Shown here: positions 49,816 to 58,579 of the stretch, piece after piece
Numbering within the stretch: the first letter of the stretch is position 1
Layout: the number at the start of each line of letters is the position of its first letter
Assembly (NCBI GenBank): GCA_965217585.1
Contig: OZ244561.1
Location: 5,472,001-5,536,000, forward strand
Source: Candidatus Latescibacterota bacterium
GTDB lineage: Bacteria; Latescibacterota; UBA2968; UBA8231
Length of the DNA: 64,000 nt
Direction: 5' to 3'
Translations under genes and position numbers: made by a program
The notes under the pieces: generated by a model
Seen by the model: the letters and a program-made list of their open reading frames with translations, nothing else
What the model was told of the DNA's origin: nothing
The model's database searches: none

Positions 49816-50640
49816 ATGCAACCCTTAGCCATTCGCATCCTATATGTCGCCCTGATCGCCGTTTATGGCGGCGTCTCCAGCGCAGCGGCAGTCGAGACCA
49901 AGTACCCGAACGGCGGCTTTGCGCCCCGTCTCGACAAGCTCCAGGACTTGCTTGCCCATATCCGCACCGTGGAGAAGATCAAGGTCAAAGCCGGGCCCAA
50001 GTTGTGGCAGGCCATTGCGACCATCCCCGTCGCGACGGGCCCCATCGCGACGGGCGTCCCCATCACCCCCGAGCAAGAAGCCGACCTGCGCGACTGGCTC
50101 TACGACTTTCTCGTCGCCTTTTCGGTCTCTGGCAATGACAGCCTCGCCGCCCAGTTTTACCTGCGCGAGGGCGTCAACAACCCCACGGCCTTAAAACACA
50201 TGAAAGAGACCCTAGAGAACTGGGGGATTCCCAAAGGCGACACGCCCTTTGCTCTCTTCCAAGCCATGCACCGAACCGTACTCGACGACCAAGGCTATGC
50301 ATACCGCTTTGGCAACGCCTTCTTTCGCCACAGCACGTTCAAGGTGTTCGAAATGCAAGGCCGCTACGAGAGCTATCGGTCGTACCCAAGGGACGTTGTC
50401 AAGGCCAGGTTCAAATTGCAGCAAGAGGTTGAAGCGGCACTGCGAGCCGGCGAGAAGCGGGTCTTCACCGACATCGCGTTTGTCACCGAAGAGCCGGCGG
50501 AGTCCGCCGGATCGGAAGGCCCGATCTGCACGCCCTTCTTTTGTCGGCTGGTCTGGGACCCAGAGCGGGCGATGTGGCGCTTTGTAGAGGTTTTCTACAC
50601 CTCCAAATTGCCGCATCCTTTCCTGTTTTCGGCCATATAA
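49816..50640 (+). CDS. Secreted protein of unrecognised family, paralog 4 (near copy of paralog 1)
   Basis: About 90% amino-acid identity to 39235..40047 by eye. Confidence 0.85.
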   Translation: MQPLAIRILYVALIAVYGGVSSAAAVETKYPNGGFAPRLDKLQDLLAHIRTVEKIKVKAGPKLWQAIATIPVATGPIATGVPITPEQEADLRDWLYDFLVAFSVSGNDSLAAQFYLREGVNNPTALKHMKETLENWGIPKGDTPFALFQAMHRTVLDDQGYAYRFGNAFFRHSTFKVFEMQGRYESYRSYPRDVVKARFKLQQEVEAALRAGEKRVFTDIAFVTEEPAESAGSEGPICTPFFCRLVWDPERAMWRFVEVFYTSKLPHPFLFSAI

Positions 50641-50680
50641 TCGTATTTTGATGTAGGGGCGACCGGCCGGTCGCCCCTAC

Positions 50681-51004
50681 TCCGAAGGAATCGTGGAAAT
50701 GAAAAACGAGATAGAAAAGATAAGAAAGCAAATTACACCCGCAGCGGCCCAGCAGCTAGAGGCAATGGGGATAAGGGCAAGGGGCCCCGAGATTGAGGAA
50801 GGACTAAAGTTGGGCTTTGAGGGAGTGGCGGCCGAGTTCATGTTCATCGCCGAAGAGCCTGAAGAGTTCGCCGGCTTTGAGGGGCCAAGACGCCACCCAT
50901 TTTTCGTGCGACTCGTCTGGAACCCAAGGCAGGACATGTGGCGTCTTGTAGAAGCCTTCGCGCCTAATGACGCGCCGGTTCTGTTTCTATTTAATTCCAC
51001 GTGA
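50681..51004 (+). pseudogene. Deleted remnant of a paralog-2-like gene
   Basis: Begins at PEGI right after the REP and jumps from AMGI to IEEGLKLG. C-terminus is nearly identical to paralog 2. Confidence 0.8.
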
Positions 51005-51081
51005 TCCCACCTTGCTTGTAGAAAACGCGGCAGAAGCGGGCAGTTCATAGACGGGCTGCCCGCTTCTGCGTACCGACCGTT

Positions 51082-51197
51082 TCGACATCATAGTCCAAGA
51101 CTACCTCTCAAGATGCTCACCCGCGACGAATTCCACGAAGCCGACTTGGAACGCATTTACGTCGAAAACTGGAATGCGCTCAGCCTAGGGTAGGAGA
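51082..51197 (+). pseudogene. Degraded copy of the ABC ATPase 3' end (49133-49260)
   Basis: TCAAGA.GCTCACCCGCGACGAATTCCA.GAAGCCGACTTGGAACGC.T.TACGTCGAA...CAGCCTAGG is shared. Confidence 0.85.
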
Positions 51198-51346
51198 ATA
51201 GGGCCTAAAGGAAACGCGGCGTCTGGGGAACGCTACATACGCCGACCACGCCGCCTGCCGGCTTCCTCTGTGTAACGCCACTGGCCCAAGTTTTGCATAC
51301 TCAATTTTTGAGCGTATTTTAATCTTTAACCAGAGGTCCCAATCCC

Positions 51347-51700
51347 ATGCCTGCCGAACAACCCCTTACTGAATTGACGACGCGCGACGTCTTACTCCAA
51401 GTAGATCGCCGCCTGACCCTCATCGAAGACGACCTACGCACCCTAGATCAAAAATGGGACCAGCGATTCGGGTCCTTGGACCAGAAGATTGACTCCCGGT
51501 TCGATACTTTGGACCAAAAGATTGACTCCCGATTCGGGACTTTAGACCAAAAAATCGACTCCCGAACCAACCAACTACGCCAAGAAATGAACACCGGGTT
51601 TGTGGGACTACGCCAAGAAATGAACACCAAATTTCACTGGACACTCGGCGTCTTCCTAGCCAGTTGGATTTCCACCATCGGGACGCTGTTGCTCAAGTAA
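51347..51700 (+). CDS. Small coiled-coil protein with 11-aa repeats and C-terminal TM helix (DUF1640/CCDC90-like)
   Basis: LDQKIDSRFxT-type and LRQEMNT repeats; six 33-bp units at 51443-51640. Confidence 0.75.
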   Translation: MPAEQPLTELTTRDVLLQVDRRLTLIEDDLRTLDQKWDQRFGSLDQKIDSRFDTLDQKIDSRFGTLDQKIDSRTNQLRQEMNTGFVGLRQEMNTKFHWTLGVFLASWISTIGTLLLK

Positions 51701-51749
51701 GCGACCAGAATCCTCCCCTACTCTCCAAACAACCTTAGCCTTTCAATCG

Positions 51750-51800
51750 TCGGCATCCTCGTCTTCGCGGACGCCGTCGTCGGCCACTGAAGGGCTGCGG
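51750..51800 (+). repeat. CBM9-gene 3' end, copy 3 (shorter, more diverged)
   Basis: TCGGCATCCTC..CTTC.C.GACGCCGTCGTCGGCC.CTGAAG.GCTGCGG matches 35159-35209. Confidence 0.8.
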
Positions 51801-51852
51801 GAGTCGGGTGCTGGTATGTTATTCGGAATTGTCGCAGACAGTGATCGACACT

Positions 51853-52464
51853 CTAAGGTTCAACACCGAAGAGAATAAGCGGAACAGCGGGAACGCCGCG
51901 CCCTTGCCTCAAGACGTTCGTTAGATCGCGTTCGTAGTAGGGAACGCCCGAAGACATCTCCCTTTCTAGGGACTTCATTGGCAGAATTTCAATGCCCAAA
52001 TCTATGATGTTAGAGACAAAGAAAGCGAGATGCTTCACAAATAGGTCGTGCGCCACAAACGCGTACTTTCCGAACTGCACTTCGACCACTACGCGTTCTT
52101 TCACGAAGTCCGATTGATTGTAGGAATAAATCGGCTCAAGCCCTACTTCGACTATACGTTGCTTCTGTTCATTGGGAGGAAGCCCAATTATCCCCCGGAC
52201 AACCTGCTCGTCCCTCGTCACCCAAAATTCCGCTCGCCGTTCCTTCCAACCGCGCTTTCCCAACTCGTCTTTGAACCTCTGATTCATATCCACGGGCGAG
52301 AAAAGCAATCGCCCTTTTTTCGTTCTCTCTTTGGATTTCTTGGTGCGACATGTGTTTGCGTCCACGCTATCTATGACTTCATGGATTTCATCCCACAATT
52401 GCGGATGCCGGAAGCGCAGAAACTCCTCACCATTCAGGTGGGAGTAATAGGCCGCCACCTTCAT
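51853..52464 (-). CDS. BglII/BstYI-family type II restriction endonuclease
   Basis: YSHLNG.EFL, NQSDFVKERVVVEVQFGKY (ExQ catalytic motif), MSSG..YYE. Confidence 0.88.
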   Translation of the reverse strand: MKVAAYYSHLNGEEFLRFRHPQLWDEIHEVIDSVDANTCRTKKSKERTKKGRLLFSPVDMNQRFKDELGKRGWKERRAEFWVTRDEQVVRGIIGLPPNEQKQRIVEVGLEPIYSYNQSDFVKERVVVEVQFGKYAFVAHDLFVKHLAFFVSNIIDLGIEILPMKSLEREMSSGVPYYERDLTNVLRQGRGVPAVPLILFGVEP

Positions 52465-53410
52465 CTTTAGTGCCCGCCATTGGGTTTTGTCGGATCGTAC
52501 ACGGGCTTTCCCATTGGGCGAGTTCGCAGCGTCCCATTGGCAAGGGTCTGCACTCGTTGCCACGCGATGTCACGTACGCCTGCTCAATATCGCAGCCGTA
52601 TCCGACGCGACCGTGGAGCAACGCGGCAATAACCGAAGACCCAACGCCCATGTACGGATCAAACACGCAATCCCCCTCATCGGTCAACGCGAGCACGAGC
52701 CGTTCGACCAATTCTACGGGAAATTGACAGGGATGGATTGTCTTCTCGACGTGGTTGCTCTTAACGTTTGGAAAGATCCACACATCGCCGGGGTTTTTTC
52801 CCTTTGGATTGCCAGACAGCTGGCCGGCATTCGGCCCTTTGAAATGGCGCTTCTTGGGGTACTTCGACGGGACGCGGATTGCATCCAAATTGAGCGTGTA
52901 GGTATCACTTTTCGTCCACCAGTTGATCGTTTCGTAGCGCCCCGAAAGCCTCTTGGTGCAGTGCAGGCCATGCTCGAAGTGCCAGACGATGCGGTTCCGG
53001 AGCTTAAATCCATGCGACTTGAATACCGGATACAAGACCGCATCAAGCGGCACGATCTCGCCTTGAGCCACGTAGTTGCCCGTCTGCCAACAGATCGATC
53101 CCCCTGGATCTAGCAAGCGGGCACACGCCTCGACTACGGCTTCTTGCTGGCGGACATACGCCTCCAAGGGTGCCTTCTTCTCGTAGTCCTTGCCGATGTT
53201 GTAGGGTGGCGACGTGACGATCAGCTTCATGGATTCGTCGGTCAAATCCTCCATGAAGCGCAGATTGTCTTGGCAAGCCATGTGCGGAGCCGTTCCCTTG
53301 AGCCGCGCTTTGGCCTGTTGCTCTGGTATCTCGCTACTTGGCGGAAACAAGCCGAGCGTCATTACGGCGTCCTCCTTGGTGTGCCGTTTGTTGGCAAAAA
53401 TCTCCATCAC
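52427..53410 (-). CDS. N4C/N6A DNA methyltransferase (beta class) with an apparent 1-nt deletion near the C-terminus
   Basis: TSPPY, HPCQFP, DPYMGVGS. After EQAYV the shifted frame gives the plausible tail DIAWQRVQTLANGTLRTRPMGKPVYDP...GGH* ending just before the REase start. Confidence 0.88.
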   Translation of the reverse strand: MMEIFANKRHTKEDAVMTLGLFPPSSEIPEQQAKARLKGTAPHMACQDNLRFMEDLTDESMKLIVTSPPYNIGKDYEKKAPLEAYVRQQEAVVEACARLLDPGGSICWQTGNYVAQGEIVPLDAVLYPVFKSHGFKLRNRIVWHFEHGLHCTKRLSGRYETINWWTKSDTYTLNLDAIRVPSKYPKKRHFKGPNAGQLSGNPKGKNPGDVWIFPNVKSNHVEKTIHPCQFPVELVERLVLALTDEGDCVFDPYMGVGSSVIAALLHGRVGYGCDIEQAYVTSRGNECRPLPMGRCELAQWESPCTIRQNPMAGTKDEGGGLLLPPEW

Positions 53411-53419
53411 ACACCTCCC

Positions 53420-55102
53420 CTACTCCCCAAACAACGCCGCCACATCCCGCTCCACCTTTTCCCGCCGCTCCTCGGCCGGCAGGTCGTCCAAACAGCCCAT
53501 CGCGCTGTAGAACTGGGCATCGTAGTCACGGGTCTTGATCACCACCGGCATGGGCACGGCGTGGCCGAGGATCAGGGCCTGCTGCTTGGAGTCGAGACTG
53601 GCCAACACGCTGCGCAGCCCTTCGGTGCCGCTGACGCCAGTAAGCACCGCCTGGATGTCCTTTTCGTCGTTGAGCAGGGCCGTGATGCGCGTGCCAATCT
53701 GCGAGAGCACCTCGTCGTCAATGCTCGACGGCCGCTGATCAACCACCAACAGCGAGACATAGTACTTGCGCATCTCGCGGGCAATGGTGCCGAAGATGGT
53801 CTGCTTAGCCGCCATGGGGTTGAGGAACTTGTGCGCCTCCTCAATGGTGATCATGAGTTGACGCGGCTGGTCCTCGGCGCGCTGGGTGGCGTAGAAGCGC
53901 TCGCTCTTCTTGACGTACATCTCGTGGATGCGCCGCGCGATGATGTTGGCCACCAACAAATAGCACAGCATACTCGTCTGCTGCCCGAACTCCAGCACCA
54001 CGTTGATTCCCTTGTCGAGGTATTCCATGATGCGGTCCACCACGTCGCCGCCCCTGAGCTTGGAGACCATAAAGGGAAAGTTCTCGAGCCGTTTGAGCTT
54101 GCGATGCAGAGCGACTAAAGACCCAGCGTGCGCGCCGATCTCGCGGGCGAATTCCTCCACATCCGGGCCTTCCAACTTCAAGAGCGTGCTCAGCCAGCGC
54201 TCCTTGTAAATCGCGTACACCAAGTAGGCCGACTCCACGGCCGTGGGGTTGAGCTTGAGTTCGTCTTGCAGCGGGGCAATATCTTCGACTGTGATCTGGT
54301 CGTAGGAGATATAGACCTCGTGATCCGGCTGCACGCCGCGGGCGCGGGTCGATTGGGGGTCCAAGGAAAAAATCGCCACCCGCTCGCCGAAAAGCTGCTT
54401 GAGGCCCTTGACGAAAGTCGTGGTGGAGCCGTTTTCCTTCATGGCCTTGAAACCGTACTCGTTGTGCATGTCGAAGATCAGGTTGACGGCCTTGTCGTAG
54501 TGAATCAGCCCGCACAGTACCAGCCGCGTCAGGAAGGACTTGCCCGTGCCGGTCTTGCCGAATATGCCGTTGGAGCGCTCGGCAAAGCGGATCATGTCGA
54601 GGCAGACCTGCGTGTCCATGTCGAGTGGGTGGCCGATGCTGAAGTAGCGGCCCTCGGGATCGCCCTCGCTGCCGAATATCTTGGCCACGTCTTCGGCCAT
54701 GGCCTCTTGGACCTCGGAGAAGTGGCTCGGAATGGCCTTGACCGGACGCGGGCCTTCTTCGGCCCCTGCGTCCTTGGACATCATCAGCATGGGCCGCAGC
54801 GAGACGATGTTGTACGTGCTGGTGCCGGCGAGCACTTGGCGCAGCAGCGCATCTTCTTGGCCCGGAGGATGCAGGAGAATCTCTTGGTTGTTGGCGTCGA
54901 GGCGCATGTCGGTGACCATGGAGAAAAAGTCGTTTTTGTCGCCCTCAATGACCACGAATTTGCCGGCCTTCATGTCCTCGACGTTCTGCTCGGGGTCCAG
55001 CTTCATCTCCAGCCCCTCGACCAGCGAGCCTTTGGTAATTACCCCGATCTGCTGGCCGCGACTGGCTGCGGCTGGCACTCCGTTGCGCGCGTATTTTGCC
55101 AT
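53420..55102 (-). CDS. herA: HerA-like DNA repair helicase/ATPase
   Basis: N-terminal HAS-barrel-like region, GKTGTGKS, FDMHNEY, IEEAHKF, REMRKY, DQRPS. Confidence 0.88.
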   Translation of the reverse strand: MAKYARNGVPAAASRGQQIGVITKGSLVEGLEMKLDPEQNVEDMKAGKFVVIEGDKNDFFSMVTDMRLDANNQEILLHPPGQEDALLRQVLAGTSTYNIVSLRPMLMMSKDAGAEEGPRPVKAIPSHFSEVQEAMAEDVAKIFGSEGDPEGRYFSIGHPLDMDTQVCLDMIRFAERSNGIFGKTGTGKSFLTRLVLCGLIHYDKAVNLIFDMHNEYGFKAMKENGSTTTFVKGLKQLFGERVAIFSLDPQSTRARGVQPDHEVYISYDQITVEDIAPLQDELKLNPTAVESAYLVYAIYKERWLSTLLKLEGPDVEEFAREIGAHAGSLVALHRKLKRLENFPFMVSKLRGGDVVDRIMEYLDKGINVVLEFGQQTSMLCYLLVANIIARRIHEMYVKKSERFYATQRAEDQPRQLMITIEEAHKFLNPMAAKQTIFGTIAREMRKYYVSLLVVDQRPSSIDDEVLSQIGTRITALLNDEKDIQAVLTGVSGTEGLRSVLASLDSKQQALILGHAVPMPVVIKTRDYDAQFYSAMGCLDDLPAEERREKVERDVAALFGE

Positions 55103-55104
55103 CG

Positions 55105-55761
55105 TTAGTTGACCACCCGTCGAATAATTGAGCTGAGCCGGTCGTAGTCGTCGCTGAGGAGCCGCGACAGCTCCTTGCCCATCTGCACCAAGTAGGACGG
55201 CGCGTGTCCATGGGCGCGCACCGCGTGGCGCAACACCGAGATTACCAGCTCGTCAGTGGGTATTTTGGAGGTATTGAGGATGCTGCGCAGATAGTCGTCG
55301 GTGCGGGTGAAGGCTCGCACTTGCTCGTCTGAGCACAAGTACACAAAGCTGTGGATGCGGGCCGGCTGCGGCGGCAGGATTTGCACGGACTCGTCGCCGT
55401 CCAAATAGCCGATGACGAGGGCTTGGAACTCCGTGCGCAACAGCTCGAAAATTTGCGGCTGCTCTAGGCGCAGTTCCTCTTCGGTCTTGCCATAGGCCGT
55501 GGGCCGGCGGTTCGCCTCGATGGAGTGCGTGAAGACGTTGAATACAATGCCGACCACCGGCATCGCGGCCTCCACGCGGACGAACTGACCAAAGGAGGGC
55601 GCACCGTGTAGCTCGCGCGCTTGAGCAATCAACTCGGCGGTGCTGCTCTCGACGACTTCGCCCACGTGGGTCCGCTCGGCCCCGGAGTCGCCGGGCAACG
55701 GCAGGGACTCGGACAGGAAGCGGCTCAGCGGGCCTCGCTCGCGCTCTTTGATCGTTTCCAC
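55105..55761 (-). CDS. HAS-barrel domain protein of nurA-herA operons
   Basis: GEVVESST..L.AQ...L..APSFGQFV, PQIFELLRTEF, LPPQPARIH. Confidence 0.75.
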   Translation of the reverse strand: METIKERERGPLSRFLSESLPLPGDSGAERTHVGEVVESSTAELIAQARELHGAPSFGQFVRVEAAMPVVGIVFNVFTHSIEANRRPTAYGKTEEELRLEQPQIFELLRTEFQALVIGYLDGDESVQILPPQPARIHSFVYLCSDEQVRAFTRTDDYLRSILNTSKIPTDELVISVLRHAVRAHGHAPSYLVQMGKELSRLLSDDYDRLSSIIRRVVN

Positions 55762-55773
55762 GGTGGGCCTCCC

Positions 55774-57009
55774 CTAAATGCCGGTGTAGCGCTTCTTGAA
55801 ACTCTTGGTTGACAAGCGGGTTTGCAGGTCGTTTTTGACAAAGGTGTCGCGCAAAAAGCGATAGAACGCCTCGCGGTCCGCGCTGCGCACCACGGCGCGC
55901 TCGTGCGCCTCGGCCAAGGCGACCGGATAGCCCTGGCCCTTTTCGGCTTGGTCGCACAGACAGGCGTGGACCAAATCGAGCAGCTCGCGGTCAGTCGCCA
56001 CCCATTCCGGGATTTCGACCCGGCCGATCTCGGCCCCTACGTGCAGATAGAAGTAGTAGATGTGATGCGGCCCGTACTCGGCAAGGATCTTGGACGCGCT
56101 GCGGTAGAGCGGCGTGCGCTGCCCTGGGCGGAGCACCTGCCGCACCAAAACCGCGTCGTTCAGCCCCTCAATGGGGCTACAGGGCAAGCCGCGGCCCTGC
56201 CACAAGTCCCCTTGCAGGGCGTCGATCTCTTCGCGGCTGAAGTGGAGCTGGTTTTCTTCCTGATAGGGGCAGCGGTCGCAGTTGGCCGCTACAAGCGGGC
56301 ACAGGCCCAGTTTGAGGGCGTTGATCAATTCTTGGCTCCCCGGCTGGCTGATGTAACCAGCCACCGGCACCCGCGCCTCGCGCAACCCGTCCATTGCCGC
56401 CAAGGTGGCCTCTAGGTGCGCGGCGCGGAAGTCTTGCGGCTTGCCCTCCAAGTTCCACAGAATCAGCGTGCCGTCGGAAAGCGCCAGCGTCCGGTGCCCC
56501 TCGGCGTGGGCCGCCAAAGCCAAATCGGCCAACTCGGTGAACTCCATGAGGCCGCGCTTGAAGCCGACGAGATCGCGATTGACGAAGAGCCGCACTCCGC
56601 CCCATTCCTCGTAGATTTCCTCCTCTCGGTAGTAGAGCCGCGGCTTGCTGCTCATCAGCGGCTTCTCGCCAGTGCCGTAGTGCAGCAAGATGTAGCCGAT
56701 ATTGATCAGAAAACAGGCCGAGATCTCATGGCGGTCGGGAAAAATTTGCGAGCCATCCGTGGCGGCGATGCTGATGGTGCTCGGGCGGGCGGGCGAGTCG
56801 ATTCCGCCGCCGAGGCCCTCGCTTAAGCCGGGCAACAGCCAAGAGGTGCGACTCTCGTCGATCTTGCGGGCCAAGCGCTCCCACTCGGGCAGCCAACGCT
56901 GGTATTGGGCCAAGGCCAATTCGAGCTTGGCGCGAAAGTCCTCTTGGACGCGGCGCTCGTCGGCCACCATGCCGTCTATTTGGGTTTTTACCGAATACAG
57001 ATCTAACAT
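55774..57009 (-). CDS. nurA: NurA DNA double-strand-break repair nuclease
   Basis: ATDGSQI, SDGTLILW, GRVEIPEW, GYPVALAEAHERAVV. Confidence 0.9.
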   Translation of the reverse strand: MLDLYSVKTQIDGMVADERRVQEDFRAKLELALAQYQRWLPEWERLARKIDESRTSWLLPGLSEGLGGGIDSPARPSTISIAATDGSQIFPDRHEISACFLINIGYILLHYGTGEKPLMSSKPRLYYREEEIYEEWGGVRLFVNRDLVGFKRGLMEFTELADLALAAHAEGHRTLALSDGTLILWNLEGKPQDFRAAHLEATLAAMDGLREARVPVAGYISQPGSQELINALKLGLCPLVAANCDRCPYQEENQLHFSREEIDALQGDLWQGRGLPCSPIEGLNDAVLVRQVLRPGQRTPLYRSASKILAEYGPHHIYYFYLHVGAEIGRVEIPEWVATDRELLDLVHACLCDQAEKGQGYPVALAEAHERAVVRSADREAFYRFLRDTFVKNDLQTRLSTKSFKKRYTGI

Positions 57010-57060
57010 GGCATTAGCCTTGCGGGCAGCTCTGGATCGGCCCCGTCGAGATGCGCGCAT

Positions 57061-57732
57061 TTATTCGGCCTCTTCCCACGTTTCGCCCCCATCAATCGAA
57101 AAGCGCGTGTGCTTGCGCCAAACCGCCCAGTCGTCGCCGGCGCGGACCAAGTCGGCGGCAGCGGTCGCGGCGATGTACTGGCCCACCTCGCCGCTGCCGT
57201 CGGGCCGGTTGGTCTCAATGCGGATTTCGCTGAACTCGACGCGGCCCTGCAACAGCTCGGCCGCACCGCGCTGCACGGCAAAGGCGCGCCGCTCCCAAGC
57301 CTCGCGCTCGATGTCGCGGACGCGAAACCGCAGCCACAGCCGACCGAAATCCTCGTCTAACCCAACCCCGTAGAACACCCCGTAGCGATCGTTGACCAGT
57401 TCCTTAATTCGGGGGCGTTCGTCTTGGAGCGGTGGAATCGGCTCCTCCTTCGGCGCGTCGCGCTCCTCCTCGGAGACGTAGCCTTCCAAGGAAGGCCCCC
57501 AAACCCAACCTTCGACGCGGAAGCGCACCCAGCGGCCCTCTTCGCCGATGGATTCGATCTCCGTGCCAGCCAGCAAGGTGCCCAGCTTGGTGCCGTTGGG
57601 CACGTCGCGAAAGTTTTCCACGCTAGCCTCGACGACGAAGGTGTGGTCGCTGCGCAGCTTGGCCGCCACGGCTCCTAAAGCCAAGGCGGCGACTAGGGCC
57701 GCTCCTAGGGAGTACTTAGACAATCGAGACAT
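57061..57732 (-). CDS. Exported protein with SH3b-like N-terminal domain
   Basis: Signal/TM helix, ENFRDVPNGTKLGTL...WVRFRVEGWVW. Confidence 0.65.
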   Translation of the reverse strand: MSRLSKYSLGAALVAALALGAVAAKLRSDHTFVVEASVENFRDVPNGTKLGTLLAGTEIESIGEEGRWVRFRVEGWVWGPSLEGYVSEEERDAPKEEPIPPLQDERPRIKELVNDRYGVFYGVGLDEDFGRLWLRFRVRDIEREAWERRAFAVQRGAAELLQGRVEFSEIRIETNRPDGSGEVGQYIAATAAADLVRAGDDWAVWRKHTRFSIDGGETWEEAE

Positions 57733-58306
57733 AGTAGAATTGCCGTCCGCCGCCGGCGACCGACCCATCGCGCAGGCGGCACACCAACCCGAGGCGTTGC
57801 AGGGCGTTGAGGCGATTGCAGACGATGTTGATGTTTTTGCCGAGCGCGTCGGAGATCTCGGCCGAGGTCGCGCACTTGTGGGCTAGCAGCACGTCGAGCA
57901 CCTCGCGCATCGGCGTCTTGATTACCCCGAGCACCTCGACGTGCGCACCGTCTTTGTACAACGCGGCCAGCTCGCGGAGCTGCAACACGGCCGCGATGGT
58001 CTCGCGCACCGAGATATTGGCCCCGGCGATATAGACGTAGCGGTGCCCTATCTCGCCGCTGGTCAGGCGCAAGAGCAGCTTGTTGAGCATCTCGTCGGCG
58101 CACGAGACATCCATGAATGAAACGGGGGAAAAGTCGAGCGGCGTGGCTGAGTCGGCCGGGCCGCTGAGCAGGTGCTGCATCAATTCTTCAAGTAGCTCGG
58201 CCCCGCGAGGCCGCCCGCTGAATATGCCCTGCTCGCCGGCGAACAGGTACGCGGGGGCTTGATATATGGCCTGCTGTTGTACGCGCTCTTCAACGGCTGA
58301 ATCCAT
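57716..58306 (-). CDS. STAS-like + winged-helix regulator (CapS-like)
   Basis: LDFSPVSFMDVSCADE (STAS phospho-acceptor loop) and TSAEISDALG..INIVCNRLNALQRLGLV..GGRQFYY (wHTH). Confidence 0.7.
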   Translation of the reverse strand: MDSAVEERVQQQAIYQAPAYLFAGEQGIFSGRPRGAELLEELMQHLLSGPADSATPLDFSPVSFMDVSCADEMLNKLLLRLTSGEIGHRYVYIAGANISVRETIAAVLQLRELAALYKDGAHVEVLGVIKTPMREVLDVLLAHKCATSAEISDALGKNINIVCNRLNALQRLGLVCRLRDGSVAGGGRQFYYVSIV

Positions 58307-58323
58307 GAGCCGCGCCTTTCCTG

Positions 58324-58354
58324 TAATTAAAAACAGCTTAACTGTATCCAATTA
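58324..58354. promoter_or_regulatory. Imperfect palindromic operator over the transcription start
   Basis: TAATT-aaaa-ACAG-cttaa-CTGT-atcc-AATTA. Confidence 0.55.
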
Positions 58355-58358
58355 AAGA

Positions 58359-58387
58359 AACTTATGCGAGGATTTCCCGACTGTCAA
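58359..58387 (-). promoter_or_regulatory. sigma70-type promoter of the STAS-wHTH/nurA/herA operon
   Basis: Minus strand TTGACA-17bp-TAAGTT. Confidence 0.65.
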
Positions 58388-58579
58388 GCAAATTCTACCA
58401 CAAAATGAGCGATGCGGAATTAGATGGATACCAATATGATGGGGCTAGAAAGGAAATAGAATGCCCACAGCCACGTATGCAGCCACGGCGAGGCCGGCGA
58501 TGATCACCGCTAGGGCCAACAGCAACCAAGGCTCGTAGGGGGGCGGCTTCGGGGGCCTGTGATGCTGACCGAACATCGC

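Noticed and set aside
39235-50640. Diversity-generating retroelement behind the paralog variation
   Set aside because: No reverse transcriptase in the window, and differences between copies are not confined to adenines.
51443-51640. 33-bp periodic repeats as CRISPR
   Set aside because: They are in-frame coding repeats of a coiled-coil protein, without spacers.
53420-55102. HerA as an anti-phage Sir2-HerA/Nezha-type effector
   Set aside because: Its partners are NurA and a HAS-barrel protein with host-like GC, the arrangement of the repair-type operon.
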